Shown here: positions 37,437 to 47,961 of the stretch, piece by piece | How the letters are laid out: each line of letters opens with the position of its first letter | Numbering within the stretch: the first letter of the stretch is position 1 | Origin: an uncultured Alphaproteobacteria bacterium | Lineage (GTDB): Bacteria > Pseudomonadota > Alphaproteobacteria > Rhizobiales > Xanthobacteraceae | Reading direction: 5' to 3' | DNA: 64,000 nt | NCBI GenBank assembly: GCA_963765365.1 | Contig: CAVXWL010000036.1 | Location: 18,502-82,501 of the forward strand | Notes under the pieces: model-generated | What the model was told of the DNA's origin: nothing | Seen by the model: the letters and a program-made list of their open reading frames with translations, nothing else | Databases searched by the model: none | Program-made: the position numbers and the translations under genes

Positions 37437-39155
37437 TCAGCGCGCTTCGCCTTCGGCCGCGGTAAGACTGCTCAACAGGCTGTCGAGCGTTATCACGCGC
37501 GCGAGGCCGCCGACTTTTTCACCGAGTCCATCGGCACGAAGAAGGTCGCGCACGCGGCCGCGCGCGCCGACGATGCGCAACACGATATTGTAAGGGGCAA
37601 GCTCGCCATGCAGTTGATGCAGCATCCGCGACCCTGCAAGATCGACATAAGGCGAGGCGGAGAGGTCGCAGACCACGGCGCGAATATTGCGGAATCCGAG
37701 CTGCCGGACACGATCAAGAACCAGGTGCAGCACCGGGTCGGCGTTGACATAAAGCAGTGAGGCTTCCGGACGAAACGCCAGCACATGCGGCAAATTCTCG
37801 TTTTCCGGATGCCGGTCGAGGTCGGAATAGCTGTGTGTGCCGGGAACGCGACCTAGAAACGCAACGTGTGGCTGTGAGGCGCGGGCGACCAACATCAAAA
37901 GCGAAATGCCCGCGGCGAGGAGCATGCCCTGCATGATCCCTAGAAGCAGCACCGCGCAAAGAGCGACAGCCGCCGCGTAGAAATCCATTTTGCTGATGCG
38001 CCATGTCCGGTAGAGCGACCGCACATCGACGAGCCCGATCACGGCCGTGAAGACAACCGCTGCCAACACCGCCTTGGGGAGATTCTCCAGAAACCCCGTC
38101 AGAAACATGAGGCACAGCGCGAGCGTGATCGAAGCGAAAATCAGGGATAGCGGCGTGCGGGCGCCGGCTTTGTCGTTGACGGCCGATTGCGACAGGCCCC
38201 CGGCGACCGGGTAGCCCTGACCAAGCGCCGCCGCCAAATTCGCCGCGCCGAGGCCGAGAAGCTCCTGCCGGGGATCGAGCTCGTAGCCGTGCTTGGCGGC
38301 GAAGGCGCGCGCCGCCGAAACGCCCTCGATGTAAGCGAGCAGGAGGCATCCCGCTGCCAGCGGGAAGATCCCCTCGACGTCCCGTAAACGTAGATCCGGT
38401 CCGCTTAGCGCCGGAAGCCCGGGCGGGATCTTTCCTGTAACCGCGACACCGAGAGCGGACAGTCCGAAGACCGAAGCGATGATGATGGCCACCGCGACAA
38501 CCACGAGCGCGATCGGCCTTCCCGGCATGAAGCGATCGCCCAGCAGAAGGGCCGCAATCGCCAGAACGCCAATTGCGAGCACCAGAGGCTGCGTTTGGCC
38601 GAGATGCTCGGCAAAGAGCAGGATGCGCTCAAAAAAATTGTGCCCGCCGCCCGGAATACCAAACAGGCTGGGCAACTGAGTCATGATGATGGTAAGGCCC
38701 GCGCCGGCCTTAAAGCCGAGCAGGATGCTGTCGCTGATCAGGCGCACCAACATACTCAGACGCAGAAGCCAGGAAATTGCGCACAGCAATGCGACGGTGA
38801 ACGCCGCGAGGCTTGCGATCGCGATATATCGCTGTGCATCGCCACCGGCCATGGTGACGACGGTGGCGGCTATCATCAACGAGATCGCCGAGGTCGGTCC
38901 GACTGCGAGTTGGCGCGACGAGCCAAAAAGCGCGTAGCCGATCCCGCCGAGGAGATAGCCATAGATGCCGACCTGCGGCGGCAGTTCCGCCAATGCTGCA
39001 TAGGCCAACGAGACCGGAATGGCGTAGGCGGCGAGTGTCACGCCGGCGATCAGGTCGTGCGGCAACCACTCCTTTTGATAGGTCGCGAGCCACCGCACCG
39101 GCGGCAGATAGCTGAACCGAGCAGACCGATCCTTGTGCTGTGCTGACTCTTCCAT
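37437..39155 (-). CDS. SulP family inorganic anion transporter with C-terminal STAS domain
   Basis: 572 aa; DL.AG.T.A...IP..LAYA.LA.LPP..GLY N-terminal SulP signature, anti-sigma-antagonist-like tail. Confidence 0.9.
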   Translation of the reverse strand: MEESAQHKDRSARFSYLPPVRWLATYQKEWLPHDLIAGVTLAAYAIPVSLAYAALAELPPQVGIYGYLLGGIGYALFGSSRQLAVGPTSAISLMIAATVVTMAGGDAQRYIAIASLAAFTVALLCAISWLLRLSMLVRLISDSILLGFKAGAGLTIIMTQLPSLFGIPGGGHNFFERILLFAEHLGQTQPLVLAIGVLAIAALLLGDRFMPGRPIALVVVAVAIIIASVFGLSALGVAVTGKIPPGLPALSGPDLRLRDVEGIFPLAAGCLLLAYIEGVSAARAFAAKHGYELDPRQELLGLGAANLAAALGQGYPVAGGLSQSAVNDKAGARTPLSLIFASITLALCLMFLTGFLENLPKAVLAAVVFTAVIGLVDVRSLYRTWRISKMDFYAAAVALCAVLLLGIMQGMLLAAGISLLMLVARASQPHVAFLGRVPGTHSYSDLDRHPENENLPHVLAFRPEASLLYVNADPVLHLVLDRVRQLGFRNIRAVVCDLSASPYVDLAGSRMLHQLHGELAPYNIVLRIVGARGRVRDLLRADGLGEKVGGLARVITLDSLLSSLTAAEGEAR

Positions 39156-39187
39156 GCGCGTGAACCAAGGACCGCCCGGTCCATCGC

Positions 39188-39991
39188 CTAGTCCATGATG
39201 TGATAGCCGCCGTCGATATAAAGCGTCTCGCCGGTGATAAGGCGGGCCGCGTCATGGGCCAGAAACGCGACGGCGACGCCGACATCGTCGATACTGACGA
39301 GACTGCGCGCCGGAGCCTTCGCTTTCGCCTTGTCGAGCAGGGCGTCGAACTCAGGGATACCCGACGCCGCACGCGTCGCCAGTGGACCGGGCGAGATGGC
39401 ATGGACACGAATGCCCTTGGGGCCGAGTTCGGCTGCGATATAGCGCACCGCGGACTCGAGCGCGGCCTTGGCGACGCCCATGATGTTGTAGTTCTTCACC
39501 ACCATCTGGCTGCCGTAATAGGTCATGGTGAAAAGCGTGCCGCCTTTGCGCATCAGCGGTTCGGCCAGGTGCGCCATCCGGATGAACGTCCAGCACGACA
39601 CATCCATGGTCTTGAGGAAGCCGTCCTGTGTGACGTCGACGACGCGGCCGTGGAGCGCTTCTTTCGGCGAAAAGGCAATGGAATGGACCACGAAATCAAG
39701 CTTGCCCCAGATCTTGGTAATGCGCTCAAAAACCGCTTCCATCTGACCGGGGACGTTCACGTCAAGCGGCATGACGATCGGCGCCTCAAGATCGCGCGCC
39801 AGCGGTTCGACATATTTTTTCGCTTTGTCGTTGAGGTAGGTGACCGCGAGCTCGGCACCGAACGCGCGGAACGCCTTGGCGCAGCCCCAGGCGATCGAAT
39901 CTTCGTTGGCGATTCCGACAATCAGTCCGCGCTTACCCTCAAGGAGTTTCGCCTTCACCACGGGGATGCCGTTTTTGACCGGCAGACTCAT
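39188..39991 (-). CDS. fabI: Enoyl-[acyl-carrier-protein] reductase (NADH), FabI-type
   Basis: Start at MSLPVK; GKRGLIVGIANE.SIAWG, Y..MGVAKAALE catalytic Tyr-Lys, YIDGGYHI end. Confidence 0.9.
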   Translation of the reverse strand: MSLPVKNGIPVVKAKLLEGKRGLIVGIANEDSIAWGCAKAFRAFGAELAVTYLNDKAKKYVEPLARDLEAPIVMPLDVNVPGQMEAVFERITKIWGKLDFVVHSIAFSPKEALHGRVVDVTQDGFLKTMDVSCWTFIRMAHLAEPLMRKGGTLFTMTYYGSQMVVKNYNIMGVAKAALESAVRYIAAELGPKGIRVHAISPGPLATRAASGIPEFDALLDKAKAKAPARSLVSIDDVGVAVAFLAHDAARLITGETLYIDGGYHIMD

Positions 39992-40085
39992 TTCGATGCC
40001 CTCGTGCGACGACGAACTGCTCTCGTTACCCCGGCAAAAGACGCGCGGAACCAACGTTTTATTGCATCGCACCGCGCCGGGCGAT

Positions 40086-40099
40086 TTGACTTAGATCAA
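40086..40099. promoter_or_regulatory. FNR/FixK-type box TTGACTTAGATCAA
   Basis: Exact TTGA-N6-TCAA in the divergent region between fabI (-) and the DUF3141 gene (+). Confidence 0.7.
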
Positions 40100-40217
40100 A
40101 GCGATGCTGCAACGCACGTGATTTCCTTGGGTTTTCGTCGCTTGCCTTGGTGAGCGCGAGCTCGCGGCCATTTCGCCAAATGCAGTCGTAGACCAGCCGG
40201 AAAAGTGAGCGGATAAA

Positions 40218-42455
40218 ATGCCGTCGCACCAAACGGACCAACCGTCGCCTGGTGCATTTGGGGTCTTTGGCCTGTTTGCGCCGGCCCTCGAATACGCATT
40301 CGACGCCGCTCAGCGCAGCATCCTGTTCCTGGATGTCATGCGGCAGCGCGGCAATCAATATCGCGAGCATCTTGCCGAAACGGCGCCGCATGTTCTCGAT
40401 TATGAAGTCGAGGTTGTCGTTGACGGCCGCAAGCTCAATCGCCCGGTCAACTATGCGCTGGTCCGGATCATTCCGCCGCCGGGCGCGAAAATCGTTCCGA
40501 CGCAAAGGCCGTTTGTCGTGGTCGACCCGCGCGCGGGGCATGGCCCGGGGATCGGCGGCTTCAAGGCCGACAGCGAAATCGGCGTTGCGTTCAAGGCTGG
40601 TCATCCATGTTACTTCGTCGGCTTCCTTCCGGAGCCGATGCCCGGGCAGACAATCGAAGACATCGCGGCCGCGGAAGCGATCTTTTTGAAGCAGGTCGCG
40701 GAATTGCATCCGCAGGCAGACGGCAAGCCTTGCGTCATCGGCAATTGCCAGGCCGGATGGGCGGTGATGATGCTGGCCGCCATGCGTCCGGAGTTGTTCG
40801 GGCCAATCATCATCGCGGGCACGCCGCTGTCGTACTGGCAGGGCGTTCATGGCAAATATCCGATGCGCTACTCGGGCGGCCTTCTCGGCGGCAGCTGGCT
40901 CACTGCGCTCGTCGGCGACCTTGGCCACGGCAAATTCGACGGCGCCTGGCTGGTGCAGAATTTTGAAAATCAAAATCCGGCCAACACGTTGTGGACCAAG
41001 CAGTACAATCTCTATTCGAAGATCGACACCGAGGCACCGCGATATCTCGGCTTCGAGCGGTGGTGGGGCGGCCACGTCAATCTCAACGCCGAGGAAATCC
41101 AGTTCATCGTCGATGAGTTATTCGTCGGTAACAATCTCGCGGCCGGAAAAATTCAAACGTCCGACGGCACGGCCATCGATCTCCGCAATATCCGTTCGCC
41201 GATCGTCGTGTTCTGCTCCAAGGGCGACAATGTCACGCCGCCGCAGCAGGCGCTGGGATGGATTCTCGAACTTTACGACAATGTGGACGAAATCCGCGCT
41301 TATGGCCAAACCATCGTCTATACAATTCACGAAAATATCGGCCATCTCGGGATCTTCGTGTCCGGCGACGTTGCTCGGAAAGAACATGGCGAGTTTTCCA
41401 GCAACATCGATCTGATCGACACGCTGCCGCCCGGTCTCTACGAGGCGGTTATTGAGCCGCGGCCCGAGGATGCAGTGGATAGCGACCACGGTGCGTGGAT
41501 CATGCGCTGCGAAGCAAGGACGCTCGATGATATCCGCGCGCTTGGCGGCAATGACATCGAGGATGAGCGCCGTTTCGCGGCGGTCGATCGTTTGTCGCAG
41601 GCCAATGCCGCGCTTTACCGCACCTTTATGCAGCCAGTCGTACGCGCCTTCACCAATCCGCAATTGGCGGAATTGACGCGGCAGCTGCATCCATTGCGGC
41701 TTCAATACGAATTTTTTTCAAACGCCAATCTCATGATGGCACCAGTTGCCACGTTAGCGGACCAGGTCCGGAGAAATCGCCAGGCTGCCGCGCCTGACAA
41801 CCCATATGTCAAACTGCAGCAGAATGTGTCCCGTCAGATTGTCGCCGCGCTCGATACCTGGCGCGAGGCCAGCGAGGCTTTCGCTGAAAAGACGTTCATG
41901 GCGCTCTACAGTTCGCCGCTGTTGCAAGCCGCCCTTGGCGTCGATCCTGCATCATCACAGCCGCAGCGGAAAGCTGCCAAGAGCGAGATCCATCAGGCGC
42001 TCAAGGAGAAGCAAATCGCCGAACTGAAATCGCAAATCGCGATCGGCGGGCTGCGTGAGGCGACCATCCGAGGGCTTCTGTACGCCGGAATGGCGCGCAA
42101 GTCGGTTGACGAGCGCGGATTCGACGTCGTGCGGCGTGCTCGCAAGGCTTACACCGACCTTTCGCTTTCGGCGTTCAAGAAAATCGTGCGCGAACAGTTC
42201 TATATGCTTCTCATCGACCAGGAGGCGGCGCTCGCCGCCATTCCTGAGATGCTTCCGAACGATTTTGGGGCGCGGCGTCAGGCATTGGATCTGATTGCCG
42301 AGGTTTTGGAAGCGCGCGGCGAATATGCCCCGGAAGATCGCGAGCGGATGCAGCGCGTCGTTGCTCTCTTTGGCGTCGAGAGACAACCGGGCAAATTAAG
42401 AACCGTCTCGATCGTTTCCAACAATCATATGAAAAAGCCGGCCAAAGGTTCCTGA
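40218..42455 (+). CDS. DUF3141-type large alpha/beta-hydrolase-fold protein (PHA synthase/depolymerase-like)
   Basis: 745 aa; GNCQAGW nucleophile-elbow-like motif, conserved N-terminal 450 aa pattern recalled from DUF3141 proteins found next to pta/ackA. Confidence 0.65.
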   Translation: MPSHQTDQPSPGAFGVFGLFAPALEYAFDAAQRSILFLDVMRQRGNQYREHLAETAPHVLDYEVEVVVDGRKLNRPVNYALVRIIPPPGAKIVPTQRPFVVVDPRAGHGPGIGGFKADSEIGVAFKAGHPCYFVGFLPEPMPGQTIEDIAAAEAIFLKQVAELHPQADGKPCVIGNCQAGWAVMMLAAMRPELFGPIIIAGTPLSYWQGVHGKYPMRYSGGLLGGSWLTALVGDLGHGKFDGAWLVQNFENQNPANTLWTKQYNLYSKIDTEAPRYLGFERWWGGHVNLNAEEIQFIVDELFVGNNLAAGKIQTSDGTAIDLRNIRSPIVVFCSKGDNVTPPQQALGWILELYDNVDEIRAYGQTIVYTIHENIGHLGIFVSGDVARKEHGEFSSNIDLIDTLPPGLYEAVIEPRPEDAVDSDHGAWIMRCEARTLDDIRALGGNDIEDERRFAAVDRLSQANAALYRTFMQPVVRAFTNPQLAELTRQLHPLRLQYEFFSNANLMMAPVATLADQVRRNRQAAAPDNPYVKLQQNVSRQIVAALDTWREASEAFAEKTFMALYSSPLLQAALGVDPASSQPQRKAAKSEIHQALKEKQIAELKSQIAIGGLREATIRGLLYAGMARKSVDERGFDVVRRARKAYTDLSLSAFKKIVREQFYMLLIDQEAALAAIPEMLPNDFGARRQALDLIAEVLEARGEYAPEDRERMQRVVALFGVERQPGKLRTVSIVSNNHMKKPAKGS

Positions 42456-42490
42456 CCTAGCCGGATCTTCAGCCAAGCAATGGGGTCACG

Positions 42491-43487
42491 ATGCCAGCGG
42501 AAAGAGAAAGCGAAATAGGTACGATCCGGGCCCACGGCCCAGGCGCCCATCCGCCGGAATCGAAATACGAAAGGCTGATCGGCCGGGCAAAAAGCGTCGT
42601 CCCAGGCAAGACCATTGTCGTGCATCCTTGCGACAAGTCGTCGCTTCGCGGTGCGATCGAGGCAGCCCAACTCGGAATCATCAGCCCGATACTTGTCGGG
42701 CCCAAATCCAAGATCGAAGCGGCCGCCCGGCAAAGCAAGCTCGATATCAGCGGGTTTGAGATCGTCGATGTGGCGCATAGCGATGCCGCGGCCGAGCGCG
42801 GCGTAGAGCTCATTCATGAAGGGCGCGGCGAGCTCTTGATGAAAGGCAGTTTGCACACCGACGAACTGATGCGGGCGGTGACCGCTTCCAAGACGGGTTT
42901 GCGAACCGAGCGGCGCATCAGCCATGTCTTCATCATGGATGTGCCGACCTATAGCGAGACCCTGTTCATCACCGATGCCGCTATCAATATCTTTCCCGAT
43001 CTCGACGCCAAGCGCGACATCATTCAGAACGCGATCGACCTCTTCACGGCGGTAGGTCTCGGTACGCCGCGGGTTGCGATCCTCTCCGCGGTCGAAACCG
43101 TTACCTCCAAAATTCCGTCGACAATCGAAGCGGCCGCGCTTTGCAAAATGGCCGATCGCAAGCAGATTACCGGCGGCGTTCTCGACGGCCCGCTTGCATT
43201 CGATAATGCGATTGATCCGGAAGCGGCAAGGATCAAGGGGATCGAGTCTCCGGTCGCCGGCCGGGCGCAAATTCTGATCGTGCCCGATCTCGAGGCCGGC
43301 AACATGCTGGCGAAAAATCTGATCTTCCTGTCGAAGGCGGAATTCAGCGGGGATCGTCCTTGGAGCGCGGGTGCCGATCGTGCTCACCTCGCGTGCGGAT
43401 TCGGTGCGAAGCCGCATGGCGTCCTGCGCCGCCGCCGTGATTTATGCCGCCGCGCGGCGGGAGACCCCAAACAAGGCCGTGGTGTAG
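42491..43487 (+). pseudogene. pta: Phosphate acetyl/butyryl-transferase (PTA_PTB family) with frameshift in G-run 43349-43352
   Basis: ..ILVGP.., LMKGSLHTDELM, DAAIN, PDLEAGNMLAKNL; after ..SKAEFSG the next frame gives IVLGARVPIVLTSRADSVRSRMASCAAAVIYA..-TAG (43485-43487). Confidence 0.8.
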
Positions 43488-43493
43488 TCGGCC

Positions 43494-44672
43494 ATGGACG
43501 CGGTTCTCGTTGTCAATGCGGGCTCTTCCAGCGTTAAATTTCAGATTTTCGAACATTCGCCGTCTGCGGCGCCGATATGTCTCGTCAAAGGCCAGATGGA
43601 CGGGATCGGCACCAAGCCGCGGCTGCGCGCCACCGACGGCAACGGGACGCCACTCGTCGATCAGACTTACGGGCCAGGCGAGATAGCCGATGGGCCGGCG
43701 GCGATCGCGGCGGTCGGTGACTGGCTGCGCAATACCCAGAAACTCGCACTCGTTGCGGTCGGCCACCGCGTCGTACATGGCGGGCCCGATTACGATCGTC
43801 CCATTCTGCTCGACTGCGATGTGCTGACGCGGCTGGAGAAGTATTGTCCGCTCGCGCCGCTCCACCAACCCAACAACCTTGCGCCTATTCGCATGCTGAT
43901 GGAACGGCGTCCTGATCTGCCTCAGGTCGCTTGTTTCGACACGGCATTTCATCGCTCGCACGGACCGCTCGCTGACAGATACGCGATCCCGGAAAAGTTT
44001 TATCGCGAAGGCGTGCGGCGCTACGGTTTCCACGGTCTATCCTACGAATATGTCGCCGGTCGGTTGCCTGAAATCGCGCCGGATATAGCCCACGGGCGTG
44101 TTGTCGTCGCCCATCTCGGCAGCGGTGCATCGATGTGCGCGCTGTTTGAGGGAAAAAGCGTCGAAAGCACCATGGGCTTTACCGCGCTGGACGGCCTGCC
44201 GATGGGAACCCGTCCCGGCCAGATCGACCCGGGCGTCCTTCTTTATCTGTTCACGGCGAAGGGCATGAGCGCGTCGGCGGTGGAAGACCTGCTCTATCGC
44301 GACTGCGGCCTCAAGGGGATGTCCGGTATCAGCAACGATTTGCGGGAACTGCTGACGAGCGAGGCCCCGGCCGCGGCATTGGCCATTGACTATTTCGTTT
44401 ATCGCATCGCGCTGAATGCCGGCATGCTGGCGGCCGCGCTGGGTGGGCTGGACGCGTTTGTCTTTACCGCGGGCATCGGCGAAAATTCGGCGACGATCCG
44501 TTCGCGCATCGCGCAGAAGCTTGCGTGGCTCGGCGCAAATTTCGACGAACAAGCGAACGAAAGCAGCATGGCGCTGATATCCGGTCCGGGCAGCAAGATA
44601 AAGATCTACATCGTGCCGACAAACGAAGAGTTGATGATCGCCCGCCATACGCTGCAGCTTCTTCGGAAATAG
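43494..44672 (+). CDS. ackA: Acetate (short-chain acyl) kinase
   Basis: [49 protein letters not shown] motifs. Confidence 0.9.
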   Translation: MDAVLVVNAGSSSVKFQIFEHSPSAAPICLVKGQMDGIGTKPRLRATDGNGTPLVDQTYGPGEIADGPAAIAAVGDWLRNTQKLALVAVGHRVVHGGPDYDRPILLDCDVLTRLEKYCPLAPLHQPNNLAPIRMLMERRPDLPQVACFDTAFHRSHGPLADRYAIPEKFYREGVRRYGFHGLSYEYVAGRLPEIAPDIAHGRVVVAHLGSGASMCALFEGKSVESTMGFTALDGLPMGTRPGQIDPGVLLYLFTAKGMSASAVEDLLYRDCGLKGMSGISNDLRELLTSEAPAAALAIDYFVYRIALNAGMLAAALGGLDAFVFTAGIGENSATIRSRIAQKLAWLGANFDEQANESSMALISGPGSKIKIYIVPTNEELMIARHTLQLLRK

Positions 44673-44704
44673 AGTTTTGCATCCAGCAACATAACGTTTG
44701 CGCT

Positions 44705-44718
44705 TTGATGTAGATCAA
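44705..44718. promoter_or_regulatory. FNR/FixK-type box TTGATGTAGATCAA (core of a 24-nt perfect palindrome 44700-44723)
   Basis: Exact TTGA-N6-TCAA about 75 nt upstream of the pflB start. Confidence 0.75.
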
Positions 44719-44786
44719 AGCGCCTGGCGGCGCGTCGCCCGTAAAATTCTTGCAAAATCGGATAATTTGCGGAGAGGAGCGTCGCC

Positions 44787-47068
44787 ATGGAGGCACCGGC
44801 CGGCAGGCCCGAAGGTGGCACGCATGATCGGGCTTGGAGATCGTTCACTCCGGGCGATTGGCGCACGACAATCGACGTGCGGGACTTCATTACGCGCAAT
44901 GTCAAGCCTTACGCCGGCGACGAGAAATTTCTTGTAGGGCCGTCCTCCCGCACCAAGGCCGTTTGGGCCCGATTGCAGCCTTATTTCGAGCAGGAGCGGA
45001 AAAAAGGCGTGCTTGCCGTCGACGCCCACACGCCTTCGACGCTGCTCGCCCACAAAGCCGGCTATATCGATAAGGACAACGAAGTCGATCGTCGGGCTGC
45101 AGACGGACCAGCCTTTCAAGCGCGCGATATTCCCGTACGGCGGCTTGCGGATGGTGGAGGCCGGCCTGAAGGCCGCGGGCTTCGAAGCCGATCCCCAGGT
45201 CCATCGAGACCTTCACCAAATATCGCAAGACGCACAACGACGGCGTGTTCGATGCCTACACGCCCGAAATCATGAAATGCCGCAGGTCGGGCATCATCAC
45301 CGGCCTGCCGGATTCCTATGGCCGCGGGCGCATCATCGGCGACTACCGCCGCGTCGCCCTCTACGGCGTCAAGCGCCTGCTGGAGGTCAAGCAGGCCGAA
45401 CGCGCCCAGATCGACGATATGTGGCCGACCGACGAAATCATCCGTCAGCGCGAGGAACTCGCCGAGCAGATCCGCGCGCTCGGCGATCTGGTCGCCATGG
45501 CCAAGCTTTACGATTGCGATATCACGCAGCCGGCCATCGATGCCCAGGAAGCGGTGCAGTGGACTTACCTCGCTTATCTTGGCGCCGTAAAGGAAGCCAA
45601 CGGCGCGGCGATGTCGATCGGCCGCATCTCGACCTTCCTCGATATCTTCATTGAGCGCGACATGCGTGACGGCGAACTGGATGAAGAGGGCGCCCAGGAA
45701 TTGTGGGACCAGCTCGTCCAGAAACTACGCATCGTCCGGTTCCTGCGCACGCCGGACTATGATGCGCTGTTCAGCGGCGACCCGTATTGGGCGACCGAAT
45801 GCGTCGGCGGTCATCGGTCTGGACGGACGATCGCTGGTCACCAAGAGCAGCTATCGCATGCTGCACACGCTGACCAATCTCGGTCCTGCGCCAGAGCCCA
45901 ATATCACCGTATTGTGGTCGAAGCAGCTGCCGGACAATTTCAAACGCTACTGCGTCAAGGTCAGCCGCGACACGTCATCGCTGCAATACGAGAACGACGA
46001 CCTGATGCGTCCGTATTGGGGCGACGATTACGGCATCGCCTGCTGCGTTTCTGCGATGCGGCTCGGCAAGCAGATGCAATTCTTCGGCGCGCGCGTGAAT
46101 CTCGCCAAGGCGCTGCTCTACGCCATCAATGGCGGCCGCGATGAAATGTCCGGCGACCAGATTGCGCCGCCGGCGCCGCCCGTGACCGGCGAGATACTTG
46201 ACTACGATGAGGTCTTCGCGAAGTTCGATCACATGATGGAGTGGCTGGCGCGCACCTACGTGCATGCCATGAATTGCATCCACTACATGCACGACAAGTA
46301 TTTCTACGAACGCCTTGAGATGGCGCTGCACGATCGCGACGTCTTGCGCACCATGGCGTTCGGCATCGCCGGGCTGTCGGTGGTCGCCGACAGCCTTGTC
46401 GGCGATCAAATACGGCAAGGTCCACGTTATTCGCGACGCTACCGGTCTGGCCGTCGATTATCGCATCGAATACGACGGCATCAATGCCGTGCCGCAATTC
46501 GGCAACAACGACGATCGGGTGGACAGCATCGCCGCGGAACTCGTCACGCGGTTCATGGAGAAGATCCGCAAGCATCCGACCTATCGCAACGCGACCCATA
46601 CCCAGAGCGTACTGACCATCACGTCGAACGTGGTCTACGGCAAGGCGACCGGCAACACGCCGGATGGGCGCCGCAAGGGCGAGCCGTTCGGGCCCGGTGC
46701 CAACCCGATGCACGGCCGCGACAGCCATGGCTGGCTGGCGTCGTGTCTGTCAGTTGCGAAGTTGCCCTACAAGGATGCGTTGGACGGCATCAGCTACACC
46801 GTATCGGTTGCGCCGCAGAAGGCGCATCTGTCCGACACCGAACTCGTCGACGCCGCGGTCAAGGCTTTCGACATGTATTTCGGTCAAGGCGGCTTCCACA
46901 TGAATTTGAACGTCATCGACAAGGAGACGCTCGAAGACGCCATGAAGAATCCGGACAAGTACCCGCAGCTTGACGATCCGGGTATCCGGCTATGCGGTCA
47001 ACTTCATTCGCCTCACGCGCGAGCAGCAATAGGACGTGATCAACCGCACCTTTCACGGCCAAGTTTGA
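44787..47068 (+). pseudogene. pflB: Pyruvate formate-lyase (glycyl-radical enzyme), 5 frameshifts plus 1 premature TAG
   Basis: Collinear with E. coli PflB as I remember it, across frames 0,1,2,0,1,2: breaks at 45087, 45202, 45812, 46398, 46972; IACCVS active site and RVSGYAV glycyl-radical motif present; TAG at 47030-47032 where PflB has Gln (EQQ-Q-DVI). Confidence 0.9.
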
Positions 47069-47083
47069 GCCGGGAGGCAATCG

Positions 47084-47914
47084 GTGTCACAACTCGGTGA
47101 ACTGGAGCCAGGAAGCCGGTACGATCTGCATGTCGGGATTTCGCCCGACGCGCCGGATGAGAGCGCTCTGCGGGACGATGCCGAAGGCGCTTTCGGCTAT
47201 GCGCACTCCTACGAAACCTCGTCACGCTACGACGGCCCGGGATTGCGCGTCGTTCTGTTCGTCTCTGGCTGCCTCCTTCGCTGCACCTATTGTCATAACC
47301 CCGATACCTGGCATCTGAAGGACGGCACCTACGTCTCGGCGAAGGATGTCATCGACCGACTTGCGGGTTTTGCGCCGTCGCTTCGGGTCCTGGACGGCGG
47401 CCTCACCATCTCCGGCGGCGAACCGATGGTTCAGCTCGCTTTTACCCGGCGCATCCTGGCGGGCGCAAAGCAGCTTGGCCTGCATACCGCGATCGAAACC
47501 TCGGGGTTTCTGGGCGATCACGCCGACGAGCGATATCTCGCCGCGCTCGATCTCGTCTTGCTCGACATCAAGAGCTCGGATCCGGACACCTACCGTGCTG
47601 TCACCGGGCGCGAATTGGCGCCGACGTTGCGCTTCGCCGAGCGGCTGGCTGCGATCGGCAAGCCGGTGTGGGTGCGGTTCACGCTCGTTCCAGGCCTTAC
47701 CGACGACCCCGGCAACGTCGAAGGCATCGCCCGCTTTGTCGCGCCGATGAAGAATGTCGAATGGGTCGAGGTGCAGCCATTCCATCAGCTCGGCGCCTTT
47801 AAATGGAAAGCGATGCATCTCGAATACAAGGATGCGCAGACTGCACCGCCGACTGCCGAACTGAAGGATCGCGTTCTTGAACAATTCCGTGCGGCCGGTT
47901 GCCGCGTGCGCTAG
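47084..47914 (+). CDS. pflA: Pyruvate formate-lyase activating enzyme (radical SAM)
   Basis: [14 protein letters not shown] (CxxxCxxC), [14 protein letters not shown]; intact ORF. Confidence 0.85.
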   Translation: MSQLGELEPGSRYDLHVGISPDAPDESALRDDAEGAFGYAHSYETSSRYDGPGLRVVLFVSGCLLRCTYCHNPDTWHLKDGTYVSAKDVIDRLAGFAPSLRVLDGGLTISGGEPMVQLAFTRRILAGAKQLGLHTAIETSGFLGDHADERYLAALDLVLLDIKSSDPDTYRAVTGRELAPTLRFAERLAAIGKPVWVRFTLVPGLTDDPGNVEGIARFVAPMKNVEWVEVQPFHQLGAFKWKAMHLEYKDAQTAPPTAELKDRVLEQFRAAGCRVR

Positions 47915-47961
47915 CCGCCATTGCAGCGGCGCGAATAGAATGCAGGGCCGGAGATAAGATC

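Noticed and set aside
47030-47032. In-frame TAG in pflB as programmed recoding (pyrrolysine or read-through)
   Set aside because: No pyl genes or recoding signals are seen. The gene also carries five frameshifts. A simple CAG-to-TAG nonsense mutation is the economical explanation.
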